Assembly: GCF_036365525.1 (NCBI RefSeq)
Contig: NC_090414.1
Coordinates: 19,677,846-19,741,845, forward strand
DNA length: 64,000 nucleotides
Direction: 5' to 3'
DNA from: Heterodontus francisci
Lineage: Eukaryota
Part shown: positions 25,001 through 37,000 of the stretch, one piece after another
Layout: each line of letters begins with the position of its first letter
How positions within the stretch are numbered: position 1 is the first letter of the stretch
Position numbers and translations under genes: made by a program
Notes under the pieces: model-generated
What the model saw: the letters and a program-made list of their open reading frames with translations, nothing else
What the model was told of the DNA's origin: nothing
Databases searched by the model: none

Positions 25001-28000
25001 GGTGTGGCCTCACCAAGGCACTGTATAATTGCAGCAAGATATCCCTGCTCCTGTACTCGAATCCTCTCGCTATGAAGGCCAACATAGCATTTGCCTTTTT
25101 TACCACCTGTTGCACCTGCATGCTTACCTTTAGTGACTGGTGTACGAGAACACCCAGGTCTCGCTGCATATTCCCCTCTCTCAGTTTATAGCCATTCAGA
25201 TAATAATCTGCCTTCCTGTTTTTGCTACCAAAGTGGATAACCTCACATTTATCCACATTATACTGCATCTGCCATGCATTAGCCCACCCACTCAACTTGT
25301 CCAAATCACCCTGAAGCCTCTCTGCATCCTCCTCACAACTCACCCTCCCACCCAGTTTTGTGTCATCTGCAAATTTGGAGATATTGCATTTAGTTCCCTC
25401 ATCTAAATCATTAATATATATTGTATGTTTAATAGCTGGGGTCCTAGCACCGATCCCTGTGGTGCCCCACTAGTCACTGCCTGCCATTCGGGAAAAGACC
25501 TGTTTATCCCTACTGTTTGTTTCCTGTCCACCAACCAATTTTCTATCCCTTGCAATACACTCACCCCCAATCCCATGCGCTTTAATTATACATGCTAATC
25601 TCTTAAGTGGGACTTTGTCGAAAGCCTTCAGAAAGTCCAAACAAATCACATCCCCCTCATCAACTCTACTAGTTACATCCTCGAAGAACTCTAGTAGATT
25701 TGTCAAGCATGATTTCCCTTTCGTAAATCCATGCTGATTCTGCCCGATTCTACCACTGTTCTCCAAGTGCTCTGCTATAAAATCTTTTATAATGGACTCT
25801 AATGGATTCCACAGCTTGAAAACCCTGACACCCCACTTGGTTATTTTTAAAACTCTGCTCCCCTGGGATTTGAAACCCTTCACCACGGTGAACTGTTTGC
25901 CTGAAGCAACTTTGCCGCACCTTTTGGAAAATTTCACCGGGTCTGTCTTCTCCAAAATAATCCAGGCCATCTTCCTTCACCTTCATTCGTGTCTCCTTTC
26001 AAGGGCCACGGTATATCTTTCCTAGGGTTAGTCGGTAGCACTCCCACCTCCTGAATCAGAAGGTTGTGGGTTCGAGCATCACTCAAGGACCTGCAGCCAT
26101 AAACCCAGCTGACACTCAAGTGCAGTACTGAGGGAATGCTGCTCGGTCAGGGGTGCCTGTTCAAGTGGATGTTGGAAGTTGTCCTGTTGTCTTGGCACCC
26201 ATCGACCTGCACCACCATAAACTGGTCATTCAACCCATCGCTGTTTGCGGGATCTTGCAGTGCCCAAAATGGCTGCTACGCCGCCACACGTCAGGGTAGA
26301 GGCCTGCGACCCGACCCAAACCTGACGGGACCCGATGACATGTCTCGGGTTCAGGTCGGGCCCATCTTTCAGGCTCCGGTCATGTCGGGTCGGGTCAGAC
26401 ACACACGGTAAGTGCTCTGCTGGTAAGTATTGAAATTAAAAAACTTACCTGAGTCTGCGCAGTGAGCGAGTGACGTCACTATGACGTCATCACGCATGCG
26501 CTGCAGCTTCTTGAAGGTTCTGCGTCAGGAAGGTAAGTAAACGGATGGTCGGGTCGAGTAGTGGCGGGTTCGAGGTAAAATCGGAGGGATTCGGGCCAGG
26601 TTGGGCTCTGACCTAAAGCAGGCCTCCACGTCAGGGTAATGCATTGCACGTGAAATTCTTTGAAACCTATCTAAGGGCTCTGTAATTACAGAAAAAAAGT
26701 ATGACCTCCATTTATTTGGACCTTTCACAACCTTAGAATGACCCAGGGTGCTTTAACAGCCAGTGAAGTACTTTTTAAAGTGAAGTCACTATTGTAATGT
26801 ATTGAAACACGACAGCCAATTTATGCACAGAAAGAGCCCAATGAGCAGATAAGCTGTTTTCTAGTGATGTTGGCTGAGGGATAAATACTGTCCCAGGTCC
26901 CCGGGGAAAACCCCCCCCTGCTCTTCTCATAAATAGTGGCCGTGGGATCTCTTGCATCCATCTGAGAGGGCAGATGAAGCCTCGGTTTTAATGTCTCAGA
27001 TGGCACCTGCGACATTGCAGCACTCCCTGAATACTGCCACTGGGAGTGTTGGCCTAGATATTGTGCTCAAGTCCCCAGGGTTGGGCTTGGACCCACTCTC
27101 GGAGGCGAGTGCAAGTGCTACCCACTGCACCATGGCAGGGAGGTGGGCATTCCCCTTTTATATAACAATCCTGTTTGAGATTATACTCCGAATAGCCTAC
27201 GTAAGGGAGATTTATTTTGGACTCTGTATCCTGTTCTGCTCTTGACTGTTGGTCTCTGCCATTGTGTTTTATCTGACGAGCAGTTCTTGTTTTTGCAGTG
27301 TGTTTGAAATGGCATTGGCTGCAGCTGGCACTGATTTCCGGTCTGACAGACTCTGGGACCTGTACGTGAACTGGGAAAAGGAGCAAGGGCAACTGAAGGC
27401 CATGACAGCTATTTATGACCGGGTGCTGTCGATACCCACCCAGTTGTACAGCCACCACTTTGAGAAGTGAGTGAAGGAAGTTTTTTTTTACACTTTGTGT
27501 GCAGTGCTTATAAAACTGGTTGTAGCTGACCTCGGAGGCCGAGTGGATAATAACACTGCCCAGCGCAGAGTCAGAGCCACTTTGATTATCTTAGATAATA
27601 TCATGCAGTGAAACAGCCCATTCGACCTGACAGGTTCATGATGCTCTTTTACTCTCCACATGCTCTTCCTCCCACCCTGCTTCATCTCGCTCCATCGAGA
27701 TGATCTTCTACTCCTTTCTCCCTCGTGTATTCATCCAGCTTCCCCTTAAAGGTCTCCACGTTAATCGCCTCCTCCACTCCCCGTGGTAGCGAGTTCCACA
27801 TTCTCACCATTCTCCGGATAAAGATGTTTCTCCTGGATTCCCGATTGGATTTATTAGCGGCTCTCATATACGTATGAACCCTGGTTTAGCTTTGTGCGTT
27901 TGGGAGCCCGCTCTTGGGGACATTGGAGCAATGGCAGCCAGGAAAAGATGCTCTAGTCCATCCAGCCCGTCCCACGCAACTGCGATACCTTGCGTATCAC

Positions 28001-31000
28001 AAAATATAAACTTAGCTGAAATCGTGGTCGACTGGGAGAGGGAAGAAAGCAGATTTAAAAAGCCCAGGCCAATTTGTTGAGCGGTGAAATCTGAGAAATT
28101 GCTCTCTGGCCCCTGTAGGTGATGGAAATCGTCCTAAATTCTATGCAGGTACCTGCCTTTTGTATAAGATGATCTCCCCCAGCCGGTTACCGGTTCAGTT
28201 CTCGTTTAAAGCTCTGAGCTGTTTAATGTTTAATGTTGAACTGTTTTCTAAAACCAAGGCGACAATGCCTGGGCCCTGCACCCAGGCTCTCAGATAAAAC
28301 AGCATTAGCCCTACAGGCCAGAAAGTTCTGGTTTCAGTTCTTAGTCTGTCTTGAGTTCGCCCAGAAGGCCATTGCGTTTTCAAAATGCATTCTCGCGATG
28401 TAGGCATCACTGGTAAAGCTGGCATTTATTGCCCATCCTTCGCTGTCCCGAGAAGGTGGTGGTGGGTTGCTGCCACCTTCTTGATCTGCTGCTGTATCGG
28501 TTTGATGCAACTGAGTGGAACACTCAGGGAAGTTGAAAGTCGGTTCGCATTGATGTGGGACTTTGAGTCACATACAGGGCTAGACCGGGCAAGGATGTCC
28601 GATTCCCTTCCCTAAGGGACATTGGCGAACCAGTTAGGTTGTTACGACAACTCAATGGTCTCTCTGCTGTTGAGCTGCGCGAGGTGCAAAATTGGCCGGG
28701 TGGCTTTCTGCTCCTGATCACGATCGACAGGCCCCTGCTTGCATGTCTGGTGAGGTCCAGCTTGGCTGTGATGCCCTCTGATAAGACTCACTGTCTCTGC
28801 TCTTGAGGAATGGCCACTTGAACAAGGTAGTGGAGGCCCCGTCGACCCTCACTGGTGAGATGGTATCAGAGTGAGAGCTCTTCCCCTTGAACAGCGTCTT
28901 TTCATTTGCATTTATGCAGCACTTCATGGTAAAATGTTCCAAGGCTGTTTACAGGAGCACTTCCCAAACAAAATTTGTCACGAGATGTTAGGACGGGTGA
29001 CCCAAAAGATTGGTCAAAGAGGTCGGTTTTAAGGAGAGGTTTAGGGAGGGAATTCCAGAGCTTAGGGCCCAGGAAGCTGAAGGCACGGCCGCCAATGGTG
29101 GAGCGATTAAAATCGGGGATGTGCAAGCGGGCCAAATTGGAGAAGTTCAGAGATCTCGGGTTTGTAAGGCTGAGGAAGGGGGCGTGGCCATGGAGGGATT
29201 TGAACATGAGGACAAGAATTTTCAAATGGAGGCATTGCCTGACTGCAAGTCAGTGTAGGTCATGGAGCACAAAGGGGTGATAGGTCAACAGGACTGAGTG
29301 CGAGTTAGGACACGGGGCAGCAGGAAGTGGGGGAAATTGGTGCTGAAGCAAAACGCTGAGTTTTGGACTGCCTCTTGCCAATGTAGCCCTGACCCCACAT
29401 TGTGACGGTTTCAACTAACCTGGAGCCAAGCTCTAACTGCAGGTTTCTCACTGTCCTGCAGGTTTAAGGACCATGTGCAGAATTACTCACCAAAGGACAT
29501 TCTGTCCACTGACGAGTTTCTCAAGCTGAGGTCAGAAGTCGTGACCAGCCTAACGGCGGCCGAAGCAGATTGTGACGAGGGTCCCCCCGGAGATGACCCT
29601 CCCCCGGGCGTGGGGACCACTGACCAAGAGAAGGTGACCCGTTAAGTCTTTTCTGCCTGAGAGTTGTTTAAGAATTGTGGCTGGCTCCTTTACCTCACTC
29701 ACTCCATCCCCCAGATGGCTTAGTTAGTAAAGGCAATATGTAACTGCACCCTTAAAGGGCCCTCATGTTTGTCTAAGGACTGATATCATGGAGTCGATTA
29801 CAGCATAGGAGGCCATTCAGCCCATCGAGTAGTCCAAGCTCCCTCTGCACAAAAAAAAATTTGTTAAAATGGGGTTAGATACAGAGTAAAGCTCCCTCTA
29901 AGCTGACCCCATTAAACACTCCCAGGACAGGTACAGCTGGATACAGAGTAAAGCTCCCTCTACAGCTCTTTGAGAAGCAACCAGTCAGTTCCACTCCCCA
30001 CTCGAACCCTGTAGCCCTGCATGTTTCTTTCCCTCAAGTGGCCATCCGATTCCCTCTTGAATCCATTGATCATCTCCGCTCCACCTCCCTTGTGGGCAGC
30101 GAGTTCCAGGTCATTACCACTCACTGTGTAAAAAAAAAAGTTCTTCCTTGTATTCCCCTGCATCCCTTGTCCAAAGCCATCAATCTGTGTTCCCTAGTCC
30201 TTGTACCATTTGTTTATGGGAACAGTTTTTTCTTATCTAACTTATCGAAGCCTGTCATAATCTTGTACACCTCAATTAAATCTCCCCTCAATCTCCTTTT
30301 GTTCTAAGGAGAACAAACCCCAGCTTTTTAACCTAACCTTGTAGCTAAAATCCCCCATCCCTGGAACCCTTCTGGTAAATCTCCTCTGCACTCTCTCAAG
30401 GACCCTCACATCCTTCCTAAAGTGTGGTGACCAGAACAGGACACAATACTCCAGTTGGGGGCCAAACCAGAGCTTTATAAATGTTCAGCATAACTTCCCT
30501 GCTTTTATACTCGATACCTCTATTTATGAAGTCCAAAATCCCATATGCTTTGCTAACCACCATCTCAATATGTCCTGCCACCTTCAAAGATCGATGCACA
30601 TGCACCTCCAGGTCCCTCTGCCTTTCCCTTCTGCCAAATCTGTTAGCCCTTTGTGCTCAGTCTCAGGCTGGCGGGCAGAATCAGCCAGTTCTGATTGCTA
30701 ACCTGTTACCCACTGCTGGAAAGTAGACATGAATGTGCGGTGAGGGCAGGATCAGTGTTGATTTGTTATGTCCCGCCCCCCCCCCCCCCCCCCCCCCACC
30801 ATGATAGCCGGCCTTGGATTGCAGATGAGGAGTTGTCACTTGGCGAACATTTGACACTCCGATTTTCGCACAAGGAGAGTTGCTGCATGTATAAAATGGT
30901 CACCATAGCTCTGGTTTATCTCTGAGTTACAGTCGCAGATAAAGTAGCCAGTTTTGGAAGGTTGAGGATGTCCTGACTCCTGGGGCTGTGCTGTGACCAT

Positions 31001-34000
31001 TAACTTCCCTCGCTTGTGTTCAGTTTGCTCCTTATCAACTTACTCCTTATGGAGTGTTGGTTCTGCGGAAACTTCCCATTTCAGGCACACAGCACCATGA
31101 TTAATTACTCCCCCGGCACAGGTACAGCACAGGGTTAGATACAGAGTAAAACTCCCTCTACACTGTCCCCATCAAACACTCCCAGGACAGGTACAGCATG
31201 GGGGTTAGATACAGAGTAAAGCTCCCTCTACACTGTCCCCATCAAACACTCCCAGGACAGGTACAGCACAGGGTTAGATACAGAGTAAAGCTCCCTCTAC
31301 ACTGTCCCCATCAAACACTCCCAGGACTGGTACAGCACGGGGTTAGATACAGAGTAAAGCTCCCTCTACACTGTCCCCATCAAACACTCCCAGGACAGGT
31401 ACAGTACGGGGGTTAGATACAGAGTAAAGCTCCCTCTACACTGTCCCCGTCAAACACTCCCAGGACAGGTACGGCTGGATACAGAGTAAAGCTCCCTCTA
31501 CAGCACACCAATGCTGTGATTGAACCCCAGCCTTGAATGAACTTTGCAAATCTTACATTTCTTGTTATGCTTTTCTGTGGATTCTTCAGCTACATTAACT
31601 AAACTTCGGGGAGTGACGGGGATCTGCTGGTGAGGAGGGCGGGGGTAGGGTGGGAAGCTTTGTGCCATGATCTCATGCACTGGGATAGAAGTGACTGACT
31701 GCAGCACTCCATAGATACATGTTGCAGTGGGTGTGATGCTGGGACATTGAGGGCTCTTTGCCAGCTTTATTTATATACCTGCCATTTTGGGAGACTGTGC
31801 GCCTTTGAGTTCCAGTTCCCTTCGCTGACTTTCGTTTCTTTCCCACTGCCACGTCTCAGGCTGACACGGAGCTGGAGAAGATCCGAGCGCACCTAGCGGC
31901 CAGTCGGCACGAGATGTACCTACTGAACGAGGAGGAAGTCAGCAAGAGGTGGAATTTCGAGGAGGCGGTAAGGATGAAGCTGAGCCCCACTGACTGACGT
32001 GTGTTATATAACCTGCTTTCCAGCCCCCATTCCACTGTCATAAAATTGGAGCAATAGTACTGAGGAAGTGCTGCATTGTCAGAGGTGCCACCTTTCAGAC
32101 ATATTATACTCGGGGGCCCTGTCTACATGATCAAGATGTCCACAATCCTATGGCATTATTTTGAGAAGAGTGGGGGATGTTAGGACAGCTGACCAAAAGT
32201 TTGACGAATAATAGAAGTTTTAAGGAGCATCGTCGGGGAGGTGAGCGAAATGGGGAAGTTTAGGAAGGGAATCCCGGAGCTTAGGGACGAGGTAGTTGCA
32301 GTCGGATCCACCAGTGGAAATCAGGATGTGCAAGAGATCTTGGTCCCTCCATCCTGACTTTCACTCAGTTTGTCACCTATGATTTTTTTTTTCTTTTTGT
32401 CGCCCTCTCCTCAGATTAAGAGGCCGTACTTCCACGTCAAGCCCCTCGAACGAGTGCAGCTGAAAAACTGGAAGGACTACCTGGATTTCGAGATTGCCAG
32501 TGGCACTAACGAGCGGGTTCTGGTATTGTTCGAGCGCTGCATGATCGCCTGTGCTCTGTACGAAGACTTCTGGATCAAGGTGAACCCCCCCTTCTCGGAA
32601 GCTCCTGCCAGGATGCAGATCCCGGCTCTCCTGCCGATCTCTCCTGATCGGCGGCTTCTCGTTTTTTTTTTTTCTTTAATTTTGTGTTTGTTGATTTCTT
32701 TTGCAAGCGTTCCAACAAAAAAGAATTTCACGTTTTACTTTGATGATCTGACTTCTAACATAATCTTTTAATTCCATTGCTGTTTTATCTGCACGTGTTG
32801 CTTCAAACTAAAGAAGTTAAGGGATTGCTGAAGAAATGTGTAAGCGTGTTATCACTGTGAGTGCCCCCTCCAGTTCTCAATAAGCTGTACCATGATGTCT
32901 TTTTATTTTTTAACACGGCGCCGTGGCGTCGGAGCAAGTTGATCTTGTTTCCCTTCATCCCTTTCTGACCTCCCTCTGTCCACAGTATGCCAAGTACCTG
33001 GAGAACCACAGCGTTGAGGGGGTCCGTAATGTCTTCCAGCGGGCCTGCATGGTCCACCTGCCCAAGAAGCCCACCCTGCACCTGCTGTGGGCCGCCTTTG
33101 AGGAACAGCAAGGTAAGGAGGTCCCGGTCGCTTGCTCGCACGCACACACTCACGCACCTCCTGCCCTGTATGGGTGGCAGTCAGCGCGGTGGGGGGGGAA
33201 AGGGAAACCGTGAAATGAATTGGCCGTTAAAAGCATCTTAAGCCTTTGAATCCCATTGGCTGCAACGCTTTACAGGGTCGGCCCTGTCCAGTTAGAAATC
33301 CCACTGGGGCAAAGGCACAGTTTGGACAATCTTTACACAGCGCTTTATCGTACCCCTCAGAAACATCCCCAGCACTTCTACTCTTCGAAGTAGATTGAGG
33401 GGGTTCTAGATTGCTGAGCTGCAGTAGCGTACTGGTTACGGGACTGGACTCTGACGCAAAAGCAGAGCAAATTGTGCAACTGGCCTCAACAAGCGTGGCA
33501 GTTATTGAGCCGGCACCGCAGAAGCTGCAAATTGTCGCAAAAACGCACTTGATTCAGTGATGTCCTCCAGCTGTTCAGTTGTTAAAATTCGGGTGACCCA
33601 GGGTAGGGGGTGGCCAATAAAATGCGCCTTCGCCAGCATTGTCCACAGCTATAATTTTTGTTGTGCAGCAGCGCCTACGGCACAGGGCTTGGTTTAACGT
33701 CTCGGCCAAAGAATGATGCATGTGCCGACACCGCGCTGGTGTGCCAGCCGGGGTGCTGGTTACAGACCATTCGTCCCAGATCTGCCTAACTAAATTTGGA
33801 GCTGGGCTGTTCATTCTGAGGTGACGGATAATTTATATTTGGCTATGTGGGGGGAGAGTTGACAATTGCTGGTGTTCAGTGACCATGCAGCTGGTTGGAT
33901 TGTCGTAAAAGCTCATTTGGTTTAGTAACGTGCTTTCAGAAAGGAAACCTATTTGAGACTCTGGTCCCACATCAACGTGATTAGCACTTAACTGCTCTCT

Positions 34001-37000
34001 GTTATGGCCTAGCAAGACACTTCGGTTGTATCAAATCGCTCAAGAGCAAAGACCCACCACCCACCTCCTGAGGGCAGCTAGGGATGGTCAGTTAATGCCA
34101 ACCTTGCCAGCTTTAAGTCCACTGCAGACTTCAGGGGTGGGTTGTCCTCTTCACCAGGGCTCGAGATAGGCGGGTTGGAGAAAATCTTTTCAAGCAGGTC
34201 GATGCTGCTCCCCATTTATGATCGTTTTACTGGTCCCTTGCTTCGCCAACCTCTGCATTGAAGGGGAAAAATTCCTCCCCCAGCCCGGGATATCCGAGCT
34301 GTGTTGATTTGTCAGGTTATAGGCACATGTAGAGACTATCTGCCCCGTCGAGCTATTCCAGTTGAGGCACAGCTGATCTGTGTTTTACTGCCATCCTCCG
34401 CCTTGAGTCCCTAACTGTTAACAAAATTTTTCTCATCCGTCTCCGTTTTGGCATTTTCAGTTAACCCCCCTCCCCCAGTCACTACAGCTTTTTCTGGGGG
34501 GTGCAGTGGGGAAGAGTCCCAGCTTTCCACTCCCCTTTGTGTGAAGAAGTGCTTCCTGACATCGACCAGAAGAAATAGTTTATCTACCTTTAATCATCAG
34601 TTATTTCACCCCTTCATCTTCTATACTCAAAAAAAAAAAATACAAGCCTAGTCTATAAAACCTGTGTCCATAGTTCGACCCTTTTAGCCCCGATATAATT
34701 CGAGTGAATTGTACTACAATCCCTCCAGAGCAAGTATACCCTTCCCGAGGTGCAGTATAATTGTAACATAACTTCCACCCTACGTATTCCGCCCGCAGAA
34801 GGAGCAGTTAATGTCCCAGCCTATAGTGTGAGTAAATTTACCCCCTCTTCTCCACCCCCACTTCTCCTAGGGCTGTATGAAGCCTCTGTAGAAAGACTGG
34901 GAGGAATTGGTTTGAGGTGAACTAGTTGACTTGGCTGCAATGTCTGTGAATGGTCCAAATGCTGAAACCCAGTCGTGGAGGGAATCAGCAAGGTTAAATC
35001 GTCGTAATTCTCAGTTTATTTCTCCTTGGTACAGACGGGCATAATTACACCCCAGTGGCCACAGTTGGGAAGTGTGAATGTCAGATGAAGACTGAATTAG
35101 GACTCCTTCCCCCAGTCAAGTAGCCAGCCCATTCACTCTATGTGTAAATACTGAGATGATGGATGACAGCCATGGACCTGTCTCCCAGCACATCAGCTGT
35201 GGAAACCTAACTCTCAGCTGGTCAGAATAACTTGATCGTAAACTTATGGCCATAATTTTGCACAAAACAGGTGCCCTGTTCCTCTACCAGTTGCTATCCA
35301 GCCTGTTAATTCTTTTTTTTTAAAAAAAACACTTGCCACACAAAGTCTGGTGAAGCCATTGCCCTAATAGCTTAAGCAGTAAAGCAGGAGTGGGCCGTTC
35401 GGCCCTTCATGCATGTACTGCCATTCAGTAAGATCATGACTGATCATCTAACTCAACTCCACCTTCCTGTCCTCTCCCCATTTCACTTAGTGCCCAAAAT
35501 ATCTATCGATCGCAGTCTTGCTTTTACATAACGACTGAGCATCTCATTCTTCTAAACTCCGGGGAATACAGGCATATTCTACTCCATCTCTCCTCATAAT
35601 ACAACCCTCTCACCCTTGGAATCGCACACGTCAGCTCTGTCATTTACAGTTTCACTGTTGCTTCTTTGGGTATGTGTGGGGATTGGCGTGAAGATGGAAT
35701 TGGGATGGGACGCCTGTCCTCTTAAAGAACAGCCTGCCAACCGGATGGACCAAGTGAGGGGGAGGCAAAGCTGAATCAGCAGCCAGTCCCAAATGGCGAC
35801 AGCAGCTGTAATTACAGATACCATGGGCATGAGTGATGTACAGGAAGTGAATTCAGCAATTTTTAAAAGATTAACCAGGGCCAGCAGGAAATTGTATCAC
35901 TTTATAATACTTACAGTTTAACCAAGTGCTGCAGTACACTTCCGTCATTAACAATCCCACCTCAACTTGTTTTGCAGTTCAGGGTCAGGTTGTGCTGGTG
36001 CAAAGTCTGTGCTGAATAAGCCCACAAACTGCGGCAGTTGCTGCTGGACTAGAATGTGTGAGCCATAAATAAAACACCTGACCTCCTGTAACAGACCAGT
36101 GAGCCAACCAACCCGTCAAGCGTGTAAAACTCTTGAAGCCAGTGTGTGTTTTGTCACACTTTGTTACAGACCGTTTGTTTTTAAAAGGAATTGTAAGTCG
36201 GACACTGACATGCAGCCTGAAATTTACACCCGCACTTGCCCTCTAGTTGACCAAAGCAGTTAAGAGGCAGCTACAGTTTGCTGGATTTACCCATTCAGAA
36301 CAGTGGCCTGAAAAAGGACAGGCCAGGTCAACAACTGACCCATCACAAGTGTTGAGCAGTGCCACGGGCATTGGGTGTAGTTGAGAAATGTAAGTGAATC
36401 ACCAAGGTAGTAGAGGTCACCAGTGAGGACTGGAAAGGGATCACACTATGTCCAGTAATGGAGGTTGAAGATGAAGCCAAGCTTGTGTTCTGAAAAGCCT
36501 GCCGGCTGCAAGAGGAGAGGCGGAGGAGGAGGGAGGTGTAGAGTTGGCCAGCATTTGAGGTGTTGGGACAGAATGTGCTGGAACGGGAGTGGTGTGATGA
36601 GTCTCGATTGGTGGGGGGTGAGAGGGAGCGGGCGGGTGTGGTAGGACCCACTGGGGAACGCAAGGAGGAGATGGTGACTGCAGGGCAGCAGGAGGGGGAG
36701 GGGGTGGATTGGGACTTGAGCAAGAGCTGGTAAGTGCCTTCGATACAGGTGCCTGCGGAAGGAACCTCCACAGCTTCTGGCAGTTTTAGGTCCTGACGTT
36801 GACAAAAATCCATCTCGTGCTCCTCCACCCCCGCCCCCCCCCCCCCCCGGGCTATTTGGCACTGAGCCGCTGACGGGGAGGGCAAACGCCCCAGAAACGC
36901 AGGCTGACTGCCACCCGCTACAACCAGTTTGTGCACAATCCCCTATCCTGAGTGATTTGCCGTTGTCTTGGTAGTTTTTGGCTGTGGGCATGGCTTGTTT

